Source: a virus
IMG/VR virus record: IMGVR_UViG_3300032116_015770
Reading direction: 5' to 3' (one strand)
Length of the DNA: 64,000 nt
Under the pieces are notes generated by a model. It was not told the DNA's origin. It searched no databases and worked only from the letters and a program-made list of their open reading frames with translations. Shown here in pieces: positions 9,196-18,933 of the stretch. Within the stretch, counting starts at the first letter, position 1. Each line of letters starts with the position of its first letter. The position numbers were made by a program, and so were the translations under genes.

Positions 9196-9315
9196 ATGGA
9201 TCAGAATGAATTGATTAGATCTCTTAAAAAGATTTATGTATGGATACCTGGTAATTCTACTGCAAAAGCTTTGATGAAAGATTTAATATTACAACTTGGA
9301 GGTAGATGTGATTGA
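9196..9315 (+). CDS. 39-aa hypothetical protein (not in ORF track)
   Basis: ATG directly after the primase stop; MDQNELIRSLKKIYVWIPGN...GGRCD*; fills the gap to thyX. Confidence 0.55.
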   Translation: MDQNELIRSLKKIYVWIPGNSTAKALMKDLILQLGGRCD

Positions 9316-9319
9316 GGAA

Positions 9320-9991
9320 GTGAGCAACGTTGAATTAATTTCTTATTCTCAACCTGATATGTATTTTGTGGAGAACACAACTGAGCTGATAGCTTTTTGT
9401 GCAAGAGTGTCTAACCCGTCTAATCAGATGAATAGTCAAACATCTGAAAAGCTTATTAAGTATCTTATTAAACATAAGCATTGGTCTCCTTTAGAAATGG
9501 TTTCAGTATGTCTTGAGATTACTACTACAAGAGATATCGCAAGGCAGATGCTTAGACATAGAAGTTTTTCATTTCAAGAATTTAGCCAGCGTTATGCTAA
9601 TCCTACAGAGGAATTAGATTTTGTATTCCGTGAGGCGAGACTTCAAGATGAAAAAAATCGTCAAAATAGTATTGAGATAGAGGATGAATATATACAAGAG
9701 AGGTGGGAAGAGGAACAAGCATCTGTTATATTGAGAGCTAGACAAGCTTATGAGTGGGCTATTAAAAATGGTTTAGCAAAAGAACAGGCTCGGGTAGTTC
9801 TCCCAGAAGGACTCACTATCTCGAAACTATACATGAATGGAACATTGAGGTCTTGGATACACTATATACAATTAAGAGCAGCAAATGGCACTCAAAAAGA
9901 GCATATTTTAATCGCTAGAAAATGTGCAGAAGTCATTGCTAAAATATTTCCAATGGCTAGCGAAATGGTAGAAGGTAATGTGGATTCTTAA
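9320..9991 (+). CDS. thyX: Flavin-dependent thymidylate synthase
   Basis: HWSPLE and RQMLRHRSFSFQEFSQRY ThyX motif; GTG start at 9320 inferred. Confidence 0.95.
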   Translation: MSNVELISYSQPDMYFVENTTELIAFCARVSNPSNQMNSQTSEKLIKYLIKHKHWSPLEMVSVCLEITTTRDIARQMLRHRSFSFQEFSQRYANPTEELDFVFREARLQDEKNRQNSIEIEDEYIQERWEEEQASVILRARQAYEWAIKNGLAKEQARVVLPEGLTISKLYMNGTLRSWIHYIQLRAANGTQKEHILIARKCAEVIAKIFPMASEMVEGNVDS

Positions 9992-10424
9992 TTTTCTTCC
10001 TTTCTGGGTTTTTCATTTAATAACCCTAGCAGGTGTTATTGGTTTAGTAGTAGGTTTTGCTCTTGGGTTTATTCCGTTCATTAATAAATACAAACTACCG
10101 ATTCAAATTTTCTCAATACTTTTATTAGTTGCCGGTATCTATATGGAAGGGGCTATAAGTAATGAAGAGAAATGGCAGGCATTGGTAAAAGAAATGGAAG
10201 CAAAAGTAGCACTAGCTGAAGAAAAAGCTAATAACGCTAATAGTAAAATTGAATATAAATTTGTCGATAAAGTTAAAGTTGTAAAGGACGTACAGGTGGT
10301 AGTTCAAGAAAAGATCAAAGAAGTATCTAAAGTTATTGATTCAAAGTGTGAACTAACACCGGAAGCCGTTTCATTAATTAACGCTGCAGCAAGAAACAGT
10401 GTTCCAGCAGGAGGGCAGAAATGA
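9978..10424 (+). CDS. Putative inner-membrane spanin (Rz-like)
   Basis: N-terminal TM helices, coiled coil, C-terminal Cys; overlaps a lipoprotein gene. Confidence 0.7.
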   Translation: MWILNFLPFWVFHLITLAGVIGLVVGFALGFIPFINKYKLPIQIFSILLLVAGIYMEGAISNEEKWQALVKEMEAKVALAEEKANNANSKIEYKFVDKVKVVKDVQVVVQEKIKEVSKVIDSKCELTPEAVSLINAAARNSVPAGGQK

Positions 10425-10687
10425 GATTGCTTCTATTATCTGCTATTTTATTGACCGGGTGCGCAACACAACCGGTTCCAGTTAAACCAAAATTTCCCGA
10501 AGCACCACAATCATTGAAGGCGTCATGCCCTGAACTTAAAGAAATACCACCTGAAACAACAAAACTATCAGATGCTATTTCTATCATTGCACAAAATTAT
10601 GGAACATACCAGGAATGTAAACTCAAAGTAGAACTTTGGAACGAATGGTATACTGAACAAAAGAAGATATACGACGAAGTAAAATAA
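10421..10687 (+). CDS. Putative outer-membrane spanin lipoprotein (Rz1-like)
   Basis: Lipobox LLTGC, Pro-rich segment, C...Y.EC pattern. Confidence 0.75.
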   Translation: MRLLLLSAILLTGCATQPVPVKPKFPEAPQSLKASCPELKEIPPETTKLSDAISIIAQNYGTYQECKLKVELWNEWYTEQKKIYDEVK

Positions 10688-10704
10688 TAACAATTAGGTA
10701 AAAT

Positions 10705-12498
10705 ATGGCCCAGTTTTTAGGTATAGAGATAGACTATTCTCGCGATAATTTATTCGATGAATTAGGTGTTAAAAGATTGCAAGAGTCTTACATGCGAGAA
10801 GACGAAAAATCACCACAGGAAAGATTCGCATATGTTTCAAAAGCTTTTGGTAGTAATCAAGAACACGCTCAGCGCCTTTATGAGTATAGTTCTAAGCACT
10901 GGCTTAGCTACTCTACTCCTATTCTTTCTTTCGGCCGTAGTAGTCGTGGTTTGCCTATTAGTTGCTTCTTACCCTATTTGGACGACAGCGCGGAAGGCTT
11001 GGTCAGCACATTGTCAGAAGTCAATTGGCTTTCAATGCTAGGGGGAGGGGTAGGTATTGGATTGGGTATTCGCTCTGCTGATGATAAGTCCGTTGGCATT
11101 ATGCCTCACTTACGTACTTACGATGCATCTTCACTGGCATATAGACAAGGTCGTACAAGGAGGGGTTCTTACGCTGCTTATCTTGACATTTCTCACCCTG
11201 ATATTCTCTTGTTCTTAGATATGCGTAAGCCAACGGGTGACCCTAATATGCGTGCGCTAAATCTTCATCACGGTATTAACATCCCTGATTCTTTTATGGA
11301 ATTAATCGAAAGATGTATGCAGGATAAAGAAGCAGATGATTCTTGGCAACTTGTTGACCCACATAACGGTGAAGTAAAAGAAGTAGTTTCGGCAAGAGAG
11401 CTCTGGCAAAGAATTTTAGAAGTAAGAATGCAAACCGGTGAACCGTATCTGCATTTTATCGATACTAGTAATAATAAGATGCCTGAGTTTCAGAAGAAGT
11501 TAGGGCTAAGTATTAAGCAATCTAACCTTTGTTCAGAAATTATTTTACCAACAGATAAAGAACGTACTGCTGTATGCTGTTTATCATCTGTGAATTTGGA
11601 GTATTTTGATGAATGGAAAAATGACCCTCTTTTCCTCAGAGACACGGCTGAGATGCTTGATAATGTGTTACAGTATTTTATTGACAATGCTCCTGATGCA
11701 ATCGCCCGTGCAAAATATTCTGCATCCCGTGAGCGTAGTATTGGGGTTGGTGCTCTCGGTTTCCACGCTTATCTACAACGCAATAATATTGCTTTTGAAA
11801 GTCCAATGGCAGTTGGACAAAATAGACGAATCTTTAGGTATATACGTGAAGGACTAGATGATGCAAACCGACAACTTGGTAATGAGCGTGGGGAAGCGCC
11901 GGATGCTGCAGGTACTGGTCTCCGCTTCAGCCATCTCATGGCTATTGCACCCAATGCTAGCTCTTCTATCATCATGGGCAACACTTCACCTAGCGTTGAA
12001 CCTTATCGAGCAAATGCATATAGACAGGATACACTCTCAGGGGCGTTCTTAAACAAAAACAAATATCTAGATAAAATTATCAAGGATAGGTGTAATGATG
12101 ATCCAAAACTCGACTATAATGAAATTTGGTCAAGTATCATTGCTAACGATGGATCGGTACAGCACCTGGACATTATCGACGACTGGACCAAAGATGTATT
12201 CAAAACGTCTATGGAGATTGACCAAAGATGGGTCGTGGAGCACGCAGCTGACAGACAACATTACATTGACCAAGCGCAATCCATTAATTTATTCTTTAGA
12301 CCCGATGTAAATGTTAAATACCTACATGCAGTACATTTTCAAGCATGGAAGCAAGGGTTAAAAACATTATACTACTGCCGCTCAGAAAAAATTGGTAAGG
12401 CAGATAAGGTAGCTAAAAAGATAGAAAGACAAGCTATACAAGAAATAGATTTGAAAGCATTAACTGAAGGTGATGTTTGTTTAGCATGTGAAGGTTAA
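10705..12498 (+). CDS. nrdA: Ribonucleotide reductase class I alpha subunit (no ATP cone)
   Basis: ISCFL, SNLCSEI, APNASSS, KTLYY and C-terminal CLAC. Confidence 0.96.
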   Translation: MAQFLGIEIDYSRDNLFDELGVKRLQESYMREDEKSPQERFAYVSKAFGSNQEHAQRLYEYSSKHWLSYSTPILSFGRSSRGLPISCFLPYLDDSAEGLVSTLSEVNWLSMLGGGVGIGLGIRSADDKSVGIMPHLRTYDASSLAYRQGRTRRGSYAAYLDISHPDILLFLDMRKPTGDPNMRALNLHHGINIPDSFMELIERCMQDKEADDSWQLVDPHNGEVKEVVSARELWQRILEVRMQTGEPYLHFIDTSNNKMPEFQKKLGLSIKQSNLCSEIILPTDKERTAVCCLSSVNLEYFDEWKNDPLFLRDTAEMLDNVLQYFIDNAPDAIARAKYSASRERSIGVGALGFHAYLQRNNIAFESPMAVGQNRRIFRYIREGLDDANRQLGNERGEAPDAAGTGLRFSHLMAIAPNASSSIIMGNTSPSVEPYRANAYRQDTLSGAFLNKNKYLDKIIKDRCNDDPKLDYNEIWSSIIANDGSVQHLDIIDDWTKDVFKTSMEIDQRWVVEHAADRQHYIDQAQSINLFFRPDVNVKYLHAVHFQAWKQGLKTLYYCRSEKIGKADKVAKKIERQAIQEIDLKALTEGDVCLACEG

Positions 12499-12513
12499 AT
12501 TATAGAGGAACAT

Positions 12514-12759
12514 ATGAAAAAAATTTTACGATTCACGGCAGAATGGTGTAAGCCATGTAAGTCGTTAAAGGAAATATTAAATAGAATAGAAACAAGTATT
12601 CCTATTGAGGTAATTGATATTGACGAGAATATGGAACTAGCTACAGAATATGGAATACGTTCAGTACCAACCATGATTATGATAGAAGATAATACTATCT
12701 TAAAAAAGATGGTTGGATTACAAACAATACAAGAGGTTGAATCTTTTATTCACGATTAA
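12514..12759 (+). CDS. trx: Thioredoxin
   Basis: FTAEWCKPCK active site; IRSVPT cis-Pro motif. Confidence 0.9.
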   Translation: MKKILRFTAEWCKPCKSLKEILNRIETSIPIEVIDIDENMELATEYGIRSVPTMIMIEDNTILKKMVGLQTIQEVESFIHD

Positions 12760-12760
12760 A

Positions 12761-13144
12761 ATGTCATATTCAGAAAAAGTTTTAGATCATTATGAAAATC
12801 CACGTAATGTAGGAACTTTTGCAAAAGAAGTAAAAAGAGTTGGTACGGGTATGGTAGGTGCACCAGCCTGTGGTGACGTTATGAAGTTGCAAATTAAAGT
12901 AAGCGAAGAAGGTGTAATAGAAGATGCGAAATTCAAGACGTACGGTTGTGGTTCGGCGATCGCTTCGTCGTCACTGGTCACTGAATGGGTTAAGGGAAAA
13001 ACTCTGGCAGAAGCGTCGCAAATTAAAAACACTCAAATTGCTACGGAACTTGCATTACCACCAGTCAAAATTCACTGTTCTATTCTTGCAGAAGATGCGA
13101 TTAAAGCAGCGATAAAAGATTATAAAGACAATTATAATGAGTGA
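12761..13144 (+). CDS. iscU: Fe-S cluster scaffold IscU
   Basis: MSYSEKVLDHYENPRNVG, GAPACGDVM, GCGSAIASSS, LPPVKIHCS; all three Cys present. Confidence 0.96.
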   Translation: MSYSEKVLDHYENPRNVGTFAKEVKRVGTGMVGAPACGDVMKLQIKVSEEGVIEDAKFKTYGCGSAIASSSLVTEWVKGKTLAEASQIKNTQIATELALPPVKIHCSILAEDAIKAAIKDYKDNYNE

Positions 13145-13862
13145 GTTAATTTACCTGCTTTTGACAACCCATATTACTATTATCTGCGTTACTTTATTTT
13201 TACATAGAGGCCAGGCACATAAAGCATTAATTTTTCATCCCGTTCTATCTCACTTTATGCGCTGGTGGTTATGGATGACTACTGGTATGGTAACTAAAGA
13301 ATGGGTTGCAGTTCATAGATTACATCACCGTTATTGTGATAAAAAAGAGGACCCTCATTCACCTGTTCATTATGGTTTATTAACAGTGTTGTTTAAAGGT
13401 GCTTGGTTATATAATAGTGCGGCTAAAGATAAAGCTATGGTCAACACGTATGGTGTAGGTACACCGGAGGATTGGTTAGAGAAGAATGTCTACAGTAAGT
13501 ATACTTATCTTGGTGTACTTGTTTTGCTTTGTATTAATATTATTCTGTTTGGCTTTGTTGGGTTTGGACTTTGGCTGTGTCAAATCGCTTGGATACCGTT
13601 TTGGGCAGCTGGTGTGGTCAACGGCGTGGGACATAGCTGGGGATATAGAAACGGCGATACGAGAGAGGAATCTCGAAATGTTATGCCGATTGATGTTTTG
13701 GTTGGTGGTGAGTTACTTCATAATAATCATCATCTTGATCCTAGTAATCCAAAGCTTAGTTTAAAATGGTTTGAGTTTGATATAGGTTGGATGTATTTTA
13801 ACATCTTCAAATTTTTAAGGTTAGCAAAGCAAAATGATCACCATCAGCGATTCAGCAGTTAA
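13137..13862 (+). CDS. desA: Membrane fatty acid (delta-9 acyl-CoA/lipid) desaturase
   Basis: His boxes HRGQAH, HRLHH and HNNHH, EFDIGW motif, TM segments. Confidence 0.9.
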   Translation: MSELIYLLLTTHITIICVTLFLHRGQAHKALIFHPVLSHFMRWWLWMTTGMVTKEWVAVHRLHHRYCDKKEDPHSPVHYGLLTVLFKGAWLYNSAAKDKAMVNTYGVGTPEDWLEKNVYSKYTYLGVLVLLCINIILFGFVGFGLWLCQIAWIPFWAAGVVNGVGHSWGYRNGDTREESRNVMPIDVLVGGELLHNNHHLDPSNPKLSLKWFEFDIGWMYFNIFKFLRLAKQNDHHQRFSS

Positions 13863-14157
13863 AAAAATTAAAGAAATTATTGAAGAAGAAGACCCTAATC
13901 TAAAGCTAAGAATCTTCGTACAAGGTGGAGGTTGCTCTGGGTTTCAGTATGGATTTACATTAGAAGAACAACCTGCAGCGGAAGATGATTTTATCTTTGA
14001 AAGAGATGGAGTAGGTGTTATAGTAGACTCTATGTCTATGCAATACTTAACAGAAGCAGAAATTGATTACGAAAAATCTATTATGGGTGCAGAGTTTAAA
14101 ATAAAAAATCCTAACGTCAAAGCAACGTGTGGATGTGGTTCAAGTTTTACAGTTTAG
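13834..14157 (+). CDS. erpA: A-type Fe-S carrier ErpA/IscA
   Basis: [17 protein letters not shown] and NPN...TCGCGSSF. Confidence 0.92.
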   Translation: MITISDSAVKKIKEIIEEEDPNLKLRIFVQGGGCSGFQYGFTLEEQPAAEDDFIFERDGVGVIVDSMSMQYLTEAEIDYEKSIMGAEFKIKNPNVKATCGCGSSFTV

Positions 14158-14164
14158 GAAAACA

Positions 14165-15154
14165 ATGACAAAAACAAAAAGTAAACTAACAGACGAAAGA
14201 AACTTCTTTAGACCATTTTCATATCCTTGGGCATACGATGCTTGGTTAAAGCACGAACAGAGCCATTGGTTACATACAGAAGTACCAATGCTGGAAGATG
14301 TTAAGGATTGGAAGAAAAAACTATCACCATCGGAAAAACAATTTCTTACTCATATCTTCCGTTTCTTTACACAAGGAGATATCGATGTAGCAGGTGGTTA
14401 TGTTAAAAACTATTTACCTTACTTCCCGCAGCCTGAAGTAAGAATGATGCTTGCAGGGTTTGCAGCGAGAGAAGCTCTACATATTGCTGCGTACTCACAT
14501 CTTATTGAAACACTTGGGATGCCTGATACCACATACAATGAATTTTTTCAGTATGCAGAAATGAGAGACAAACATGATTACATTCTTGATATTAGCTCAC
14601 AGAATGGCAATGCTGCTAGTACTGCTACTCATATTGCAGTATTCTCTGCTTTCACCGAAGGGATGCAACTATTTAGTTCCTTTATCATGCTACTTAACTT
14701 CCCTAGGCACGGTAAAATGAAAGGCATGGGTCAGATTGTCACCTGGTCCATTGTAGATGAGACTCAACATGCAGAGTCCATGATTAAATTGTTCCGTACC
14801 TATGTAGAAGAAAACAGAGAGATCTGGAACGATGATCTAAAATCTAGAATTTATACTATTGCAGAAAAAATGGTTGAGCTTGAAGATCGGTTTATTGATT
14901 TAGCATTCTCTATGGGTGATATGCCTGATTTAACTGCTAGTGATGTTAAAACATATATTCGTTATATTGCCGATCGTAGACTTATTTCTCTAGGGTTGAA
15001 AGGTATCTTTAAAGTTAAAAAGAATCCTCTACCTTGGGTTGAAGAAATGATCAATGCACCAACACATACTAACTTCTTTGAAAACAGAGCGACCGACTAT
15101 GCCAAAGGCGCCTTGTCAGGAGACTGGACTGATGTATGGGGTAAAGCGGCTTAA
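14165..15154 (+). CDS. nrdB: Ribonucleotide reductase class I beta subunit
   Basis: FFTQGD, REALHIAAY, EGMQLFSSF, DETQH, NFFE....Y; start at ATG 14165 after GGAA. Confidence 0.96.
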   Translation: MTKTKSKLTDERNFFRPFSYPWAYDAWLKHEQSHWLHTEVPMLEDVKDWKKKLSPSEKQFLTHIFRFFTQGDIDVAGGYVKNYLPYFPQPEVRMMLAGFAAREALHIAAYSHLIETLGMPDTTYNEFFQYAEMRDKHDYILDISSQNGNAASTATHIAVFSAFTEGMQLFSSFIMLLNFPRHGKMKGMGQIVTWSIVDETQHAESMIKLFRTYVEENREIWNDDLKSRIYTIAEKMVELEDRFIDLAFSMGDMPDLTASDVKTYIRYIADRRLISLGLKGIFKVKKNPLPWVEEMINAPTHTNFFENRATDYAKGALSGDWTDVWGKAA

Positions 15155-15162
15155 TTTAAATT

Positions 15163-15435
15163 ATGAATAAAATAAAACCTGAAGAGGAAATACAAGACGA
15201 AGAAACTCGTATTCGTCGTGAGAATGAAGAGAATTATATACTTAAAGGGTATTTTCGATTTGCAAAAGAGCGATATAAAATTTGTATGGAGTGTGAGGCC
15301 TTTAGCAAGATAGTTAAAGCATGCGGGGAATGTTATTGCTTTATGCCGGCAAAAGTAATTATAAAAAGTACTTCGTGTCCAGTAGGTAAGTGGGGAGCTG
15401 TTGATGAACAAGAGAGTAATACAATCCCACCTTGA
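15163..15435 (+). CDS. Small Cys-rich protein (DUF6171-like)
   Basis: R..IC..C...C.EC.CFM..K......CP.GKW pattern. Confidence 0.65.
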   Translation: MNKIKPEEEIQDEETRIRRENEENYILKGYFRFAKERYKICMECEAFSKIVKACGECYCFMPAKVIIKSTSCPVGKWGAVDEQESNTIPP

Positions 15436-15844
15436 GGTTGCAGAAACTTACTCTAAGTTATCTTATGCAAGAAGACTTAAAGTAGGGGCTATTATTGTAA
15501 AGGATAATAGAGTAATAAGTATCGGTTACAACGGTACACCTTCAGGTTGGGATAATAATTGTGAGATTGTTACTAGAAGATACGAGAATGGTAAAGAAGA
15601 GTTGCAGACTAAACCTGAAGTTATTCATGCTGAAGCAAACGCTATAGCTAAATTAGCTCGTAGTCAAGAATCAGGTGAAGGTTCAGATATGTTTATTACA
15701 CATGCACCATGTTTAGAATGCGCAAAGCTAATTTACACAGCAGGTATAAAAAATGTATATTATAAACATGTTTATAGAAATGAAGACGGGTTAAATTTCT
15801 TACATAAGTGCGGAATAGGGACGGAAAGAATTACGGATGTCTAA
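15404..15844 (+). CDS. cd: dCMP deaminase
   Basis: GYNGTPSG, HAEANAI and PCLEC zinc motifs. Confidence 0.93.
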   Translation: MNKRVIQSHLEVAETYSKLSYARRLKVGAIIVKDNRVISIGYNGTPSGWDNNCEIVTRRYENGKEELQTKPEVIHAEANAIAKLARSQESGEGSDMFITHAPCLECAKLIYTAGIKNVYYKHVYRNEDGLNFLHKCGIGTERITDV

Positions 15845-15992
15845 GCAATACGAATGCTATAATTGCGATGCCATTTTTAAAATAAAAAATAATAATGACG
15901 CATCAATTCAAGAACAATACGAGGTTTACTATTGCCCCTATTGTGGTGGGGAAATAGAAGATGAGGTAGACGACGAGTCTGATGATGAATGA
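15837..15992 (+). CDS. 51-aa zinc-ribbon protein (not in ORF track)
   Basis: MSKQYECYNCDAIF...YCPYCGGEIEDEVDDESDDE*; the stop overlaps the next ATG. Confidence 0.75.
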   Translation: MSKQYECYNCDAIFKIKNNNDASIQEQYEVYYCPYCGGEIEDEVDDESDDE

Positions 15993-16387
15993 TTGATTGG
16001 TTTTATAATGGTGAGCCGTTTCTTGAACCTGGAGAATATTATGGATTTGTGTATATTATTACGAACAAAACCGATGGTAGAAAATACATCGGTAAAAAGT
16101 TCTTTTGGGCAACAAAGCGTAGACAAGTTAACAAAGTTAGAAAACGTTATAAGGCAGAATCTGACTGGAAAACGTATTGGTCTTCTTCAGATGAATTACA
16201 AAGAGATGTTGAAAGACTTGGAAAAGAAAACTTTACACGTGAAATAATTCATCTATGTAAAAACAAAGGTACTACAAACTATCTGGAAGCAAAAGAGCAA
16301 TTTACCAGATCAGTTCTTGAAAATAAGGATTTATGGTATAATACGTGGATATCAGTTAAAGTGAACCGTTCCCACGTTAAATTATGA
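15989..16387 (+). CDS. denA: GIY-YIG endonuclease, T4 endonuclease II-like
   Basis: GFVY...KYIGKK, WKTYWSSS, E and N catalytic positions; short stand-alone domain. Confidence 0.75.
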   Translation: MIDWFYNGEPFLEPGEYYGFVYIITNKTDGRKYIGKKFFWATKRRQVNKVRKRYKAESDWKTYWSSSDELQRDVERLGKENFTREIIHLCKNKGTTNYLEAKEQFTRSVLENKDLWYNTWISVKVNRSHVKL

Positions 16388-17307
16388 TTACTGTAATTCT
16401 TACTCTTCTTTCAGCCCTGGCTATCTCAGCTATTGCGGCTTATTTTTCAATTATAGGTTTAATAGCTATATTTCCAACTACACCCTGGGCAATTGCCGTT
16501 ATGGGTGGTAGTTTGGAATTAGCTAAACTAGTCACAGCCTCCTGGTTGTATCGTAATTGGAAAACCGCTCCACGTACTATTAAGTACTACTTTACAGTTG
16601 CAGTATTAATACTTTCTCTTATAACTACTATGGGTATCTTCGGTTACTTATCGAAAGCTCATATGGATCAGAGTGTACCCATTGGAGACGTTGCTGCACA
16701 AGTAGCAATGATAGATGAAAAAATAAATGTTCAAAAAGAAAATATAGAGACTAATAGAAAAATTCTTCGCCAATTAGATGAGGCTGTAGATAATGTCATG
16801 GCTCGTTCTAATGATACGAAAGGTGCTGAGAGAGCGGTACAAATTAGAAAAGCACAACAAAAAGAAAGATCACAACTTAATGAAAATATTCAACAAGCGC
16901 AGAAAGAAATAAAAGCACTTAGTGAAGAGCGAGCACCACTAGCTAAAGAAGCCCGTAAAGTAGAAGCTGAAGTAGGGCCAATTAAGTACATCGCAGCTTT
17001 AATGTATGGTGATAACCCTGATCAAAATTTACTAGAACGTGCCGTAAGATGGGTTATCATTCTTATTGTTATTGTATTTGACCCGTTAGCTATCTTACTT
17101 CTCATTGCTGCTAATATGACGTTAAGAGAAGTAAATGGTGAAGCTATTGAAGATATTACAGTGGATTTTCAACCGAAACAAAAACGAAAATATAACCGTA
17201 AGTCTAAATGGAGTAAAGAGTTAGATAATAGAGTAGATATTGAAAAATCTAGAATTTACGAAATCCCTAAGGAAATACTAGATAAAGTGTTCCGTAGTAA
17301 ATCTTGA
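16384..17307 (+). CDS. Membrane protein with long coiled coil
   Basis: Three N-terminal TM helices, coiled coil, C-terminal TM (VFDPLA). Confidence 0.7.
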   Translation: MITVILTLLSALAISAIAAYFSIIGLIAIFPTTPWAIAVMGGSLELAKLVTASWLYRNWKTAPRTIKYYFTVAVLILSLITTMGIFGYLSKAHMDQSVPIGDVAAQVAMIDEKINVQKENIETNRKILRQLDEAVDNVMARSNDTKGAERAVQIRKAQQKERSQLNENIQQAQKEIKALSEERAPLAKEARKVEAEVGPIKYIAALMYGDNPDQNLLERAVRWVIILIVIVFDPLAILLLIAANMTLREVNGEAIEDITVDFQPKQKRKYNRKSKWSKELDNRVDIEKSRIYEIPKEILDKVFRSKS

Positions 17308-17332
17308 TTTACTTTTTTAATTATTATATAAT
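17304..17332 (+). promoter_or_regulatory. Sigma70-type early promoter TTGATT-N17-TATAAT
   Basis: -35 at 17304-17309, -10 at 17327-17332; same hexamers as the 8134 promoter. Confidence 0.8.
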
Positions 17333-17343
17333 ATGGGGGTAGT

Positions 17344-17646
17344 ATGAGTGTGTTCTGGGAAGGATTTAATGAGGAAGAGCGCAAGGTCTTTATAAAATGG
17401 CTTAACGACCATTTACGTTATGGTGAAGTAACGGTTAAGTTTAATAAAAAAGACGGTGAGTTGCGTACCATGAGATGTACGTTAAATTCAGAGCTTGTAC
17501 CTCAGGTAGAAAAGAAAACAGAACGAGTTAAAGAAGTAAATGAAGATGTCTGCCCTGTTTACGATCTTGATAAGCAAGGCTGGCGATCCTTTCGTTATGA
17601 TAGTGTAAAAGAGGTGTCAATTGAAATTAACGGAACCAAAAGTTGA
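17344..17646 (+). CDS. SH3/Sm-like beta-barrel protein (WYL_2/DUF2693-like)
   Basis: V.F.KKDGELRTMRCTL...VYDLDKQGWRSFRYD. Confidence 0.75.
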   Translation: MSVFWEGFNEEERKVFIKWLNDHLRYGEVTVKFNKKDGELRTMRCTLNSELVPQVEKKTERVKEVNEDVCPVYDLDKQGWRSFRYDSVKEVSIEINGTKS

Positions 17647-18682
17647 TGTAACTTCAGATGACTATACGTCACATCTTGCGCATGCATTCTCTTTCTATAA
17701 CATGAACAATGATAAGAAAGATGCACGTGCATTCATGCGTACATATCTTAAAAATTCAGACAAAACAGGGCAGGCAGTAAAAGCTTTTGATAACGTCCCT
17801 GATTCCTTTTTTGTATCCACATACGGTTGGTTAGCACGTATAAAAAACAACGGATACAACTTACGTGAAGAACACGATAAAAAGTTTAATCAATACATTA
17901 CTAATATGCTAGTAATGAAGTACCCTACTAAAGAAGTTGAAGTAGTAGATACACCTAGACCAACTATTCAAGACCATTTAAAAGAAAAAGTAAAAGAGTA
18001 TTTGGGTGATCTAGAAGGTGCATTGGATGACTTTATTAAACAAGGTACACCGTTTAATCTTTATAATGATTTAAAAACAAAGAATATTCCAAAGCAGTTT
18101 GGTAGCGATATAATTGAGTGGGCGGATAAAAAGACTGTTGAATTTGCTCAAGCTTATGAAGCCACTGAGGGTGATCTTAAAGAAGGTTATTCTAATCTAG
18201 GTAAACGTAAACTATCTCAGTTAGTAAAATTAGTCAATGAGTTTGTTGACGATGTGAACCGCTATTCAGAATTTAAAAAAGCTAATCGTAAACCTAGAGT
18301 TAAAAAAGTCAAGCCTGCATCACAACAAGTAGCAAAAATGAAGTATAAGAAAGAAGATACAGAAGCAAGAGTAACCTCTATTCATCCTGCCGAAATGGTA
18401 GGTGCATCACAGGTATGGGTATATAATTCTAAGTATAAAAAGCTGGCTGTTTATCGTACTGATTCGGCTTTAGGTATTCAAGTTAAAGGCACTACGTTAC
18501 AAAATTATGATCCGGAATTATGTGAACAAAAAGTAGTTCGTAGACCCGAAGCTTTTTTACCTATTGTACTACAAGCTACAAAAATACAACTACGTAAGAT
18601 AATGGAAAATCTTACAACTAAAGGATCAGACGTTAACGGACGTATTAATGAAGAGTGTATTATTTTGAGAGCGATTAAATGA
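17621..18682 (+). CDS. Conserved T4-like hypothetical protein
   Basis: 353-aa ORF; GASQVWVYNSKYKKL and NGRINEECIIL motifs, found before rnh in T4-like phages. Confidence 0.7.
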   Translation: MKLTEPKVDVTSDDYTSHLAHAFSFYNMNNDKKDARAFMRTYLKNSDKTGQAVKAFDNVPDSFFVSTYGWLARIKNNGYNLREEHDKKFNQYITNMLVMKYPTKEVEVVDTPRPTIQDHLKEKVKEYLGDLEGALDDFIKQGTPFNLYNDLKTKNIPKQFGSDIIEWADKKTVEFAQAYEATEGDLKEGYSNLGKRKLSQLVKLVNEFVDDVNRYSEFKKANRKPRVKKVKPASQQVAKMKYKKEDTEARVTSIHPAEMVGASQVWVYNSKYKKLAVYRTDSALGIQVKGTTLQNYDPELCEQKVVRRPEAFLPIVLQATKIQLRKIMENLTTKGSDVNGRINEECIILRAIK

Positions 18683-18933
18683 TAGCATACAGCACACTTA
18701 TTGAACTAGAGACTAATCTCATTCGTATTGATAGTATTCGTAAAACTATGGAGGCAGTAGCAGCTGGTATTGCTACTATCCCTTCCGAGGATGCTAAGAC
18801 AGATATTCTATACTTTTTATCAGAAAGCTTAGGTCAAGAGACGGAACTAGCTCTTGATAAGTTTCAACAAGCCTTCGAAGCTATTCGTGAATACTCTTAC
18901 CGGCCTGAGGAAAACTCAATTGATAATTCTTGA
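18679..18933 (+). CDS. Hypothetical protein
   Basis: ATGA overlap with the upstream gene. Confidence 0.6.
   Translation: MIAYSTLIELETNLIRIDSIRKTMEAVAAGIATIPSEDAKTDILYFLSESLGQETELALDKFQQAFEAIREYSYRPEENSIDNS

Noticed and set aside
10766-12310. Several alternative-frame ORFs inside nrdA
   Set aside because: No SD or recognisable motifs; consistent with chance open frames
10705-15154. Introns or inteins in nrdA/nrdB
   Set aside because: Both ORFs are continuous, of normal length, with all motifs present
15989-16387. GIY-YIG protein as an intron-borne homing endonuclease
   Set aside because: Free-standing, short, lacks NUMOD-type DNA-binding modules, and no interrupted gene nearby
17344-17646. 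WYL-type defence regulator
   Set aside because: Only the small SH3-like barrel common in T4-like phages is present; no HTH domain or defence neighbours
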